Shown here: one piece after another, positions 16,330 to 24,371 of the stretch
Layout: each line of letters starts with the position of its first letter
Numbering within the stretch: the stretch's first letter is position 1
Source of the DNA: Propionibacterium freudenreichii subsp. freudenreichii
GTDB taxonomy: Bacteria > Actinomycetota > Actinomycetes > Propionibacteriales > Propionibacteriaceae
Length of the DNA stretch: 32,000 nt
Assembly (NCBI RefSeq): GCF_000940845.1
Contig: NZ_CP010341.1
Location: 2,520,001-2,552,000, forward strand
Reading direction: 5' to 3'
Program-made: the position numbers and the translations under genes
Notes under the pieces: generated by a model
The model's input: the letters and a program-made list of their open reading frames with translations, nothing else
The model's database searches: none
Told to the model about the DNA's origin: nothing

Positions 16330-18461
16330 GGCCCCGCAGTGCCCGCCGGCGTGGGCTCACGCGACGCCGGCGGCGCGGTGGGCACGTCCACGGCGGGCTC
16401 GTTCACGGCCGGGGCCTCCGGGGTCGCCGACGCGGTCACGCTGGGGGTCGGCGTCCGTCGGACGCTGGGACGCACGGAGGCGGCCTGGGTGGGGGCGTTC
16501 GTGTTGAAGTTCAGCCGGTCCATGCCCTGGCTCGCCTGCTCCATGTAGTCCTCCCACAGGTAGGCGGGATAGGAGTCCGACTCGAATGCACCCGAGGCGG
16601 CATAGGGGTCGAGGTTGGCGTTGCCATCGCCGGCGACGAACATCACGGCGGTGGAGATCTGCTTGGTGGCGCCGACGAACCAGGCCGACACAGTCTGGTC
16701 GTCCACGTCCTTGGTGCCAGTCTTGGCGATCACCTGACGGCCCAGCTGGCGGGCCTCGGTGCCGGTGCCGCTGGTGACCACCGATTCCAGGGCGGTCTGC
16801 GCGTTGTGCACCAGCGAGGCGTCGATGGTCTGCGTGGCCGAAGTGTCGCCGGTGTACACCACCTTGCCGCTGGCGTCCTTGACCTCCTTCACCACGTGGG
16901 TGGTGTTGCGCTGGCCGTCATTGGCCAGGGTGGCGAAGCCAGTGGCGTTGTCCACCGGACTCACCTGCCCGGTGCCCAGGGCGATGCGGTTGTTGAGGTC
17001 CCAGCCGTCGCCGGTGGGCACGCCCGCGTCGTTGGCTGCCTTCACGGTGTCGGCGGGGCCGTTGGGCATGCGCTGTTCCAGGTCGGTGAACGCGGTGTTC
17101 ATCGAATAGCTGGTGGCCTTCTGCAGCGTCACCGAGCCGTAGTTGACGCCGCCGTCGTTGCGCACCACCACATTGTCGCCATTGGGCGTGAAGGTGCTGC
17201 CGGTGAGCGTGGAGTTCAGCGTGAAGCCATTGCGCAGGCCCGCGACGAGCGCCCACGCCTTGAAGGTGGACGCCGCCGGGCGCGCGGTGGTGGCCCAGTT
17301 GATCTGCGACTTCAGGAAGTCGGGTCCGCCGTACAGGGCGTACACCTCACCGGTGCCGACGCCGATCGAGGCGACGGCCGCGTGCAGGGTGCTGGCGTCC
17401 TGGTTGGTCTTGGCCTTGCGGATCGCGGTGGACACATTGTCGGTGGCGGTCTTCACCGCCGCGTCCTGCATCTTCTGGTCGAAGGTGGTGGTGATGGTCA
17501 GGCCGCCGCCGTCGATCTGTTCCTCACTGAAGCCGGCCTTGCGCAGCTCCTGCTCGGCCATCGTCAGCAGGAAGCCGTTGGTGCCGCCGTAGAGGTCGGA
17601 CTGGGTCACCGGCAGTGTGTCGGGCAGCTTGTCGTAGTTCGCATCGTGGTCGGCCTGGCTGATCTTGCCGGCCTCGAGCATGCCGTCGAGCACGTAGTCG
17701 TAGCGCTCGGTGAGGTCGCGCTTGGCGTCGTCGCCATTGGCCGGGTCGAGGGTGGAGGGGCTGTTGACCAGGGCGCTCAGCATCGCCGACTGCGGCACGT
17801 TCAGGCCGGCGGCATTGGTGCCGAAGTAGGTGGTGGCCGCCTTCTCGACGCCGTAGGCGTTGCGTCCGAAGTAGACGGTGTTGAGGTAGCCGGCAAGGAT
17901 CTCGTCCTTGCTCACCTCACGGTTCATCTTGACGGCCAGGGCGAGCTCGGTGAGCTTGCGGCTCATCGTCTGCTTGCTGGTGAGGTAGCGGATCTTGATG
18001 TACTGCTGGGTGATCGTGGAGCCCGATTGCAGGTCCTTGCCGCGGGCGATCTGGAACAGCGAACGCACGATGCCCTTGGGTGAGACGCCCTTGTTGGACC
18101 AGAAGCTGCGGTCCTCGGCGGCGACGACGGCGGCCTTCACGTTGTCGGACATCGCCGAGTAGTCGACCATGGTGCGGTTCTGGATCGCGAGCTCGCCGAG
18201 CTTGGTGGAGCCGTCGCGGAACAGCACGGTGCTGGTCTGGCTGTTGAAATCGGCGTTGGGGTCGGGCAGCTTGACGCGCGCGTAGAAGATCAGCGAGCCG
18301 AGCACGCCGACGATCATCAGGGTGGCGAGGGTGATCGCGATGGCGGTGACCACGCGCCTGGCCCGGCTGGCCTTCTTCTTGGTGCGGTGCGGGCCGTGTC
18401 GCTGGCTGGCGCTGGGCGCCAGGGCCCGGCGCGGTTTGCGCGACTTCTTCCGGTCAGCCAT
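16326..18461 (-). CDS. ponA: class A penicillin-binding protein (transglycosylase/transpeptidase)
   Basis: GT51 motifs (EDRSFWSNKGVSPKGIVRS, GGSTITQQYIK, RKL.E...A..MN...SK.EIL..YLN.VYFG) and a transpeptidase module (STFK, KTGT). Pro-rich C-terminal tail. Start taken at MADRKKSRK (18461), overlapping the upstream gene end. Confidence 0.9.
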   Translation of the reverse strand: MADRKKSRKPRRALAPSASQRHGPHRTKKKASRARRVVTAIAITLATLMIVGVLGSLIFYARVKLPDPNADFNSQTSTVLFRDGSTKLGELAIQNRTMVDYSAMSDNVKAAVVAAEDRSFWSNKGVSPKGIVRSLFQIARGKDLQSGSTITQQYIKIRYLTSKQTMSRKLTELALAVKMNREVSKDEILAGYLNTVYFGRNAYGVEKAATTYFGTNAAGLNVPQSAMLSALVNSPSTLDPANGDDAKRDLTERYDYVLDGMLEAGKISQADHDANYDKLPDTLPVTQSDLYGGTNGFLLTMAEQELRKAGFSEEQIDGGGLTITTTFDQKMQDAAVKTATDNVSTAIRKAKTNQDASTLHAAVASIGVGTGEVYALYGGPDFLKSQINWATTARPAASTFKAWALVAGLRNGFTLNSTLTGSTFTPNGDNVVVRNDGGVNYGSVTLQKATSYSMNTAFTDLEQRMPNGPADTVKAANDAGVPTGDGWDLNNRIALGTGQVSPVDNATGFATLANDGQRNTTHVVKEVKDASGKVVYTGDTSATQTIDASLVHNAQTALESVVTSGTGTEARQLGRQVIAKTGTKDVDDQTVSAWFVGATKQISTAVMFVAGDGNANLDPYAASGAFESDSYPAYLWEDYMEQASQGMDRLNFNTNAPTQAASVRPSVRRTPTPSVTASATPEAPAVNEPAVDVPTAPPASREPTPAGTAGP

Positions 18462-18873
18462 AGATGTCCTCAACTGTCTGCTTGTGCCGTGGGGCGCGGC
18501 GTTTGCGTCCGTCTCCCAGCACATAGCTGGCGATCATGAAGTTCCAGCCGCAGTCGGGGCACACTTCGACCACTCGCACGGTGAACTCACCGAATTGGTG
18601 TTCCATCTCTTCCAGCTCAGCCGGCTGACGGATACGTCCTGAATACTGCCCGAGCTGGTCGCCGAACACATAGCGCAACACCGCCATGCGGTCGGATGCG
18701 CACACCGGGCATTCGCGTCCCGCGGGGGTGCCGTGGTGGAGGGCCGAGCTGATCAGACGCGGATCGGCGTCGCAGGGGTCGGCCTCCATCATGACGCGAT
18801 CAGGCCGCCGCATCGCCTCCAGGGTTGCCCGGCGTTGCAGCGCATAGTCGATTCGATGGCGCTCCGTTTGCAC
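18454..18873 (-). CDS. DUF5318-family protein (Rv0049-like, conserved upstream partner of ponA)
   Basis: 139-aa ORF with CPVC...CPDCGWN zinc-ribbon-like Cys pairs. Conserved position immediately upstream of ponA in actinobacteria. Confidence 0.65.
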   Translation of the reverse strand: MQTERHRIDYALQRRATLEAMRRPDRVMMEADPCDADPRLISSALHHGTPAGRECPVCASDRMAVLRYVFGDQLGQYSGRIRQPAELEEMEHQFGEFTVRVVEVCPDCGWNFMIASYVLGDGRKRRAPRHKQTVEDIYG

Positions 18874-19183
18874 GGGTCAAGGTTAGTCGGGGCGCCTGTG
18901 GCTGCCGCCGATACCGTATTAATAGGCGGATTGCGGCGACGGATCGGCGTGACGACGGGGTGGCCGGGTGGCCATGCGGGTGTGGCCTCGGGGGTGTCGC
19001 AAAGCGACGGGTGGATCGGTGGAGCCTGGGCGTCCAAGCCCGACGGGGAGCCTGGTTCGGGCCTGCCCGGGGGCGTGGGGCGGCGTCGTCATGCGTGCCG
19101 ACTCGGCAGGGCGCCCCTCGACCGCTAAACTGTTGGGGCGCCGCCGTTGGGGTCTCCGGACGCCGGGGTGCGCAACCCGTCTC

Positions 19184-19259
19184 GGGGCATTAGCTCAGTT
19201 GGTAGAGCGATGGCTTTGCAAGCCATAGGTCAGGGGTTCGAATCCCCTATGCTCCACCA
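19184..19259 (+). tRNA. tRNA-Ala (anticodon UGC), CCA encoded
   Basis: GGGGCAT TA GCTC AGTTGGTA GAGC G ATGGC TTTGCAA GCCAT AGGTC AGGGG TTCGAAT CCCCT ATGCTCC A CCA folds as a cloverleaf by hand. The anticodon loop is cTTTGCAAg. Confidence 0.95.
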
Positions 19260-20621
19260 AAAGTGACATTTTCGAACCCTGCCCCGCAGACCAGCGGGCA
19301 GGGTTCGAAGTGTCTTCGGGGTCGGATGCTTCGGCCTCGGCGATCGGTGCGTGACCAGGGATGACGCAGTCCAACGCTGCCTGGACGGCCTGGTCGGGCT
19401 GGTAGCGGATGGTCTGCTCGTCGTCGAGGATGATCTTGTCGAAGAGGGCTCGGTTGAGGATGCGGCGTTCAGCAGGTTCGCATCGCGCGTAGACGTCGCC
19501 GAGATCGGTGAGGATGTCGGCGAGCTGGTCGAGGCCCTCACGGGCGTCCTCGTAGCTGGTGGCGAGGTTCTCCAGCCGGTGTTCGATAGCGTCGTGAGTG
19601 GTGCGGATGCGTTCCTGCTCGGACTTGAGGAGGTCGAGCGGGATGGCGTCGGCGTAGTGGGCTTGGACGAGCTTGAGTCGCTCGGCGTCGAGCTTCTCCT
19701 TCTGGGCGGTCAGGAGTGCACGTTCGTCGTCGGTGGTGGCTTCGAGCTGGTCGAAGACGGCTCCGAGGACTTCGCGGACACGATCGGCCTCGTCGGGGGT
19801 GAGGCCGTTGGCGCCGTAGGTGGAGTCGATCCGGTCCTCGATGCGGTCGGTGAGGATGGCGGACCGCGTGCAACCGTTCTTCTTGCGGCGCCCGGAGCAG
19901 GTGAAGTACTCGTAGGTGATGCCGGACTTGCCGGTGGGGCATTCGATCATCATCTTCGCCCCGCACGAGCAGTAGAGCGTTCCCTTGAGGTAGTGGTCGT
20001 GGGTGCGGGGCTTCTCTCCGCGCTGGTTCTTCGCCGCCAACTCCGTCTGGACTCGCAGCCAGGTTTCGGTGTCGACGAGAGGGTCGTGAGCGCCGTCGTA
20101 GGTGATGCCGCGGAAAGTGACGCTGCCCTGGTAGTAGGGGTTCGTGAGGACCTTGTGCAGCGCTTTCGTGGTCACCGGTTTCGCGGGGAAGGACGGGGTG
20201 GGGCGGGTGGTGAGCCCACGGGCTTCCAGCTCTTTCGCGAGGGAGGAGAGAGTCCAGTTGCCGGTGGCGTAGGCGGTGAAGGCGAAGGTGACCAGGTCGG
20301 CGCGTTCGGGATCGACGGTGACATCTCGGACCTCACGCCCCTTGGCATCAGTGGTGCGCACGTTCAGGTACCCGAGGGGTGCTTTGGCAGGAGTGCCGCC
20401 CATGCTGGCTTTCTGGGTCATTCCTTTGAGGACTTCTTGAGCGAGGTTCAGGGAGTAGAACTCGGCCATGGAGGCGAGGATGCCGTGCATGAGCATCCCT
20501 GAGGGCGTCTCGTCGATGTTCTCCGTCACGGAGACCAAGCTGATGTTCGCATCCCGAAGCGTCGCGTGGATGATCGCGTCGTCGAGGCGGTTGCGAGCCG
20601 GGCGGTCGACCTTGTTGATGA
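19195..20621 (-). pseudogene. large serine recombinase, 5'-truncated by IS insertion (catalytic N-terminus missing)
   Basis: The frame continues upstream of the first Met as LINKVDRPARNRLDDAIIHATLRDANISLVSVTENID (end of the resolvase domain). Then come a recombinase domain, a zinc ribbon (CSCGAKMMIECP...FTCSGRRKKNGC) and a coiled coil. The reading frame is cut at the IS inverted repeat at 20622. The 3' end of the ORF runs antisense into tRNA-Ala. Confidence 0.8.
19271..19309. repeat. perfect 14-bp-stem dyad directly 3' of the tRNA (tRNA terminator and/or att-like dyad)
   Basis: TTCGAACCCTGCCC (11 nt) GGGCAGGGTTCGAA. The arm resembles the tRNA T-arm GGGGTTCGAA. Confidence 0.5.
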
Positions 20622-22100
20622 GTAACTGTTCAGGTGGTGGCTGGGGTCCAGGCCTGTCCGTTGAACAGGTCGACGAGGACCTGGTAGGTGTTGCAGGCCT
20701 GCTTGGTGGCGGTGGACAGGTAGGAGCGCAGCCGGAGGAAGCCCTCGGCGCCGGTCAGAGTGCGGTGGCATCCCGAGACCTTCTGATGCACCTTGACCAT
20801 GCGGATCTCGCGTTCAGCGGCGTTGTTGTCGGGTGCCAGGCCCGGTGTGGTGGCGAAGCGCAGGTAGTCGTCGATCCGGGCACTGATCCGCCGGGCCAGG
20901 GCGCGGTGCTTCGCCCCGACCTTCCCGGGCACTCCCGAATCCGCACCCAGTCGTGCTGCGTCGACGATGAGACGCCGCCCGGCCTCCAGCAGTCCGGGGT
21001 CGGCCTGTCCTGCGGCGGCGTGGGGATCGCGGATCAGCGGCAGGAGGGCGTCGAGGACCTGGCGGGCCCAGCAGAACGCCCCGGGCGGGTCGTGGGCGTC
21101 GTGGTGGTCGGCCACCGCGACCAGTTCGCGGATCAGGTGGGCGCAGCACAGTTGGTGGTCCACGTGCTCGTAGGTGTCGTAGGGGGCCCACGCGTCATGG
21201 ACCAGCACACCGGTGCAGCCGGGCAGGATGCCGGCGGCATCCATCCCCGCCCGGCCCCGCCGCCGGTGCACACTGATATGCGAGTACTGACCGGTGGAGG
21301 CCGAGTGGACCCAGTGCAGCTTCCCAGCGACCCGCAGCCCGGTCTCATCGGCGTGGACGACAGGGGATGCGGCGATCCGGCCCGCCACCTGGCCGGTGAA
21401 GGCGTCCAGGGGCTCACCGCCCGCCTGTTCGACGGCGGCGGCCACCGCCCCGGTCGACACGGGCATCCCCAGCAGGTCGGCCATGGTCACCGCGACCCGC
21501 CTGATCGGTATGTACTGGCCGGCGGCCAGGTAGACCATCGCCGCACGGGCCGCCGGCCCGTAGGAGACCGGCGCGGCCACCCCGGCCGGAGCCGTCCCCG
21601 CCGTCAGGTGCCCGCAGGCGCACCGGCGGGTGAGGATCTGGTGCTCGGTCACCACCGCGCGCACCTGGGGCAGGTCGACCACCTGCCGGGCCACCACACC
21701 CACGTCGCAGCACTCGTCCAGGACCCCGCCGCAGGCCGGGCACCGGTCCGGGGCGTGGGTCACGATGTGATCGGGATGATCGACCTGGCGCAGGGCCGCA
21801 CCCGGATGGCCGGGCTGGCCGCCCGGGTGCCGTTCTGAGGGGCGCCGCAAGGATTTCGGGGCCGGCTTGGCCAACCCGTCTGCCGAGGGTGGCTTCGACG
21901 AGTTGCGCGAGGTCGACCCGAGTTGGCGTTCCAACTCAGCGATCTGGGCCGCCTGGGCGGCCACCAGCCCGACCAGCTCGTCATAGGTGGGTTTACGCGA
22001 CCGCGGCATGCCCCGAATACTCCACCTCCAGCCCCCGGACCAGCGACGCGACACGCCGCACACCCCGCCAGACCCCCGAACCCACCAGCTGAACAGTTAC
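20622..22100 (-). mobile_element. IS66-family insertion sequence (single-ORF, ISBst12-like type), 1479 bp
   Basis: Terminal inverted repeats GTAACTGTTCAGGTGGTGG (20622-) and the complement of CCACCAGCTGAACAGTTAC (-22100) match 18/19. They enclose one transposase ORF. The flanking 8-mers differ (GTTGATGA vs GACTGGCT). Confidence 0.8.
20630..22009 (-). CDS. IS66-family transposase
   Basis: N-terminal coiled coil (YDELVGLVAAQAAQIAELERQL, SSKPPS), zinc-finger CPACGG...C.CGH, and a DDE core (VHADETGLRV, LVHDAWAPY, QLCCAHLIRE, PDNNAAEREIR). Start taken at MPRSRKPTYDEL. Confidence 0.85.
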   Translation of the reverse strand: MPRSRKPTYDELVGLVAAQAAQIAELERQLGSTSRNSSKPPSADGLAKPAPKSLRRPSERHPGGQPGHPGAALRQVDHPDHIVTHAPDRCPACGGVLDECCDVGVVARQVVDLPQVRAVVTEHQILTRRCACGHLTAGTAPAGVAAPVSYGPAARAAMVYLAAGQYIPIRRVAVTMADLLGMPVSTGAVAAAVEQAGGEPLDAFTGQVAGRIAASPVVHADETGLRVAGKLHWVHSASTGQYSHISVHRRRGRAGMDAAGILPGCTGVLVHDAWAPYDTYEHVDHQLCCAHLIRELVAVADHHDAHDPPGAFCWARQVLDALLPLIRDPHAAAGQADPGLLEAGRRLIVDAARLGADSGVPGKVGAKHRALARRISARIDDYLRFATTPGLAPDNNAAEREIRMVKVHQKVSGCHRTLTGAEGFLRLRSYLSTATKQACNTYQVLVDLFNGQAWTPATT

Positions 22101-22308
22101 GACTGGCTCAGGCAGGCCATCGGGGACCTCATCGCCTACGAGTACGACTCCGGTATCCTCCCATGGCCATGACACCCCAGACAGAACTACGACGACTCCA
22201 CCAGTCCCCGGCTGCGAACCGGAAGGCTTCCTCATCGCCGTCGACGTCGCCGCCCCCGATCCTCAGACTGAACCGTCCCGGGCCTGATTGAGAGGTATCC
22301 AGACATTC

Positions 22309-22437
22309 TGTAAGCAATCCCTGATCATGCCTGAATACAGCAAGTACCCGCCCGAACTCCGCGAACGAGCGACCCGACTGGCCGGGGAGGCCCGCCGTGA
22401 CCCCGAGACCCGTACCGGTGAGATTCACGTGACCTGA
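22309..22437 (+). pseudogene. IS3-family fragment (left end TG... plus first 36 codons of an OrfA-like HTH protein)
   Basis: TGTAAGCAATCCCTGATC followed by ATG: MPEYSKYPPELRERATRLAGEARRDPETRTGEIHVT*. This resembles IS3-family OrfA N-termini (MP..YS.EFRERAVRL) but stops prematurely. Confidence 0.45.
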
Positions 22438-22488
22438 TCCAACGCATTCAGTCCGACCTGGCCACCCTGGCGAACAACGTCTCCTGAC

Positions 22489-22548
22489 AGTCACAATGCG
22501 GCGGTGCCGCCGACCGTAATGGGTCGGCGGCACCGCCGCATTGTGACT
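22489..22548. terminator. perfect 27-bp-stem palindrome downstream of dps (probable terminator/insulator)
   Basis: AGTCACAATGCGGCGGTGCCGCCGACC gtaatg GGTCGGCGGCACCGCCGCATTGTGACT, 18 bp beyond the dps stop. Confidence 0.6.
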
Positions 22549-22565
22549 CGCTACGACTACCAGGC

Positions 22566-23099
22566 TCAGGCCTTCTCGGGGGCGCGGGTCTCGGAGCTGA
22601 TGAACCAGGCCTGCTGCTCCAGCTTCTGGGTGTACTCGTGCAGCATGTCCGAGGTGGTCGGATCCTCCGCGTCGACGGCGTCATGCACCTCGCGCATTGT
22701 GGCGACAGTGGCCTCGATGGCGGCCACGATGAGGTCGATGGCGTCGTGGGTCGACACCTCGCCCTGCGGGAACTGGCCGATCGAGGTGCGGGCGGCGACC
22801 ACCGAGGGACGGCCGTCCGGGGTGGCGTGCAGAGCGCGCAGACGCTCGGCGAACTCGTCGGACCCGTCACGGGCGATATCGACGACCTCATCGAGGTTCA
22901 GGTGAAGGTCGCGGAAGTTCGGCCCCACGATGTTCCAGTGGGCCTGCTTGCCGACCAGGCTCAGGGCGATGAGATCGACCAGGACCTTCTGGATGTTGTC
23001 GCTCAGCTCCTGGGACGCGCGGAAGCCCTTCTCAGCGTTCTCCGCGGCGGTCCGGGTGTCTCCAGCGTGCTTCGGAACGGTGATGGACTGCTCGGTCAT
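22566..23099 (-). CDS. dps: Dps-family DNA-binding ferritin-like protein
   Basis: KQAHWNIVGPNFRDLHLNLDE....D..AER..AL ferroxidase-centre pattern. ATG at 23099 is preceded by GAAGGAG. Confidence 0.88.
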   Translation of the reverse strand: MTEQSITVPKHAGDTRTAAENAEKGFRASQELSDNIQKVLVDLIALSLVGKQAHWNIVGPNFRDLHLNLDEVVDIARDGSDEFAERLRALHATPDGRPSVVAARTSIGQFPQGEVSTHDAIDLIVAAIEATVATMREVHDAVDAEDPTTSDMLHEYTQKLEQQAWFISSETRAPEKA

Positions 23100-23222
23100 A
23101 TGACCTACTCCTTCTATCTCGACGTCTCTTTCGCTCTCTGTGGGGTGGAACGTCCCACCGCCCTCCACTATTCCGTGTAGGAGAGCCCGGCGTGTCGCGA
23201 TCGGGCAGGATCCCGCACGCCC

Positions 23223-23912
23223 TCAGCCGGCCGCCAGCTCCTCCAGGGCGTCGACGTCGCGCAGCGTGATCTCCGCGCCCGAGGTGGCGATCAGGCCCTT
23301 CGATCGCAGGGCGTCCAGGCCCCTGCTGAACGACTCCGGGGTCATCCCGAGCAGCGACGCCGTGTCCTTCTTGGCCATCGGCAGCCTCACCCGGTAACCC
23401 GACTCCTCGGCGCTCCCCGGCTGATCCAGCAGATAGCCGGCGATCCGTGCCGGCCGGCTGGTGGAGGCCAGGCTCAGCCGGTGCTCGGCGTCGTCCAGCC
23501 GCTGAGCCAGTGAGCGCAGCATGGCCATCGCCACCGACGGATGGGAGGCGATCAAGGGCGCCAGATCGGCCCGCGAGAAGACGCACATCCGGGTGGGGGC
23601 GGCGGCCTCGATGAGATAGCTCGGTGCCTCCCCGGTGAGGAAGGACCCCTCCCCCACGAAGTCGCCGGGCCCAGCCAGCCGCAGCACCCGCTCGTGGCCG
23701 CTCGCCGAGAGCCGCGACACCTTCACCTGCCCCCGGTGCACCACGGCCAGGCGCCCGGTCGCCGGCCCGAAGGCCTCCCCCCGCTCCAGCGACGTCGGCC
23801 TGGCCAGGGACCCGACGGCGTCCTGATCAGGCGCGCTGAGACCGCCGAACAGCGGGACCAGACGCACACAGCTCACATGCTCGGTGACGTCGGTCAGAGG
23901 CAGGTTCTTCAC
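23223..23912 (-). CDS. Crp/Fnr-family transcriptional regulator
   Basis: cNMP-binding-like beta-roll (..GDFVGEGSFLTGE..) and C-terminal HTH (KKDTASLLGMTPESFSRGLDALRSKGLI). No N-terminal Cys cluster, only a single Cys. Confidence 0.85.
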   Translation of the reverse strand: MKNLPLTDVTEHVSCVRLVPLFGGLSAPDQDAVGSLARPTSLERGEAFGPATGRLAVVHRGQVKVSRLSASGHERVLRLAGPGDFVGEGSFLTGEAPSYLIEAAAPTRMCVFSRADLAPLIASHPSVAMAMLRSLAQRLDDAEHRLSLASTSRPARIAGYLLDQPGSAEESGYRVRLPMAKKDTASLLGMTPESFSRGLDALRSKGLIATSGAEITLRDVDALEELAAG

Positions 23913-24015
23913 CCGTCCGAGGCTAGTGCCGATCGGCCAGAGCTGCGGCGATCAGCCGGAGATGGCCCCGCCCAACCGCCCGATAATCCATGTTGACAAG
24001 GGAGTTCATGTGATC

Positions 24016-24029
24016 TTGACCTACGTCAA
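24016..24029. promoter_or_regulatory. candidate Crp/Fnr-type operator TTGAC-N4-GTCAA
   Basis: Perfect 5-4-5 palindrome TTGACCTACGTCAA in the divergent intergenic region between the Crp/Fnr gene and the HMA/ATPase genes. A TTGACA hexamer lies at 23993-23998. Confidence 0.4.
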
Positions 24030-24100
24030 GGAGTGTGGCGCCGCCTCGAACCAGTATTCGAGGTGTCGCCGGAACAGGCGGCATGACGAAAGGACAGATC

Positions 24101-24340
24101 ATGAGCACCAACGAGATCACCACCACCCACACCGTGCTGCGCGCCGAGGGGTTCTCCTGCCCCTCCTGCGTCGCCAAGATCACCGGGGCCCTGGAGAAGC
24201 TGCCCGGCGTCGGCGACGTCACCGTGCACTTCGCCTCCGGACGCATCGAGGCCGACCACGACGAGGCCCGCACCAGCGTCGACGATCTGATCGCCGCCGT
24301 CGGCAAGCTGGGCTACCCCGCCACCGCCTCGGCCTTCTGA
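24101..24340 (+). CDS. heavy-metal-associated (HMA) domain metallochaperone, CopZ-like
   Basis: 79 aa. VLRAEGFSCPSCVAKITGALEKLPGVGDVTVHF has the ferredoxin-like HMA fold signature with CxxC. AAAGGA lies upstream of ATG 24101. Confidence 0.8.
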   Translation: MSTNEITTTHTVLRAEGFSCPSCVAKITGALEKLPGVGDVTVHFASGRIEADHDEARTSVDDLIAAVGKLGYPATASAF

Positions 24341-24371
24341 GCCGACCGCCAACCGAATGCGAAGGAGAAGG

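Noticed and set aside
14575-16360. Large alternative-frame ORFs over the GT87-like gene: 14575..15903 (+, antisense) and 14804..16360 (-, out of frame)
   Set aside because: The chosen frame (14671..16329, minus) gives regular TM helices and the CYSDIP family motif. The alternatives are Arg/Gly/His-rich with no structure.
16098-18083. 661-aa + strand ORF antisense to ponA
   Set aside because: The Gly/Arg/Val/His-rich translation has no domain signature, while the opposite strand encodes an unmistakable class A PBP.
19351-21838. Antisense ORFs over the recombinase and transposase: 19351..20502 (+) and 20468..21838 (+)
   Set aside because: They lie opposite clearly recognisable serine recombinase and IS66 transposase frames and have shadow composition (Gly/Val/Asp/Glu runs).
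21987-22172. 61-aa ORF crossing the right inverted repeat of the IS66-family element
   Set aside because: It is a hybrid reading frame that starts inside the IS and runs into flanking DNA. Only its last ~23 codons look protein-like, and they are treated as an unassigned gene fragment.
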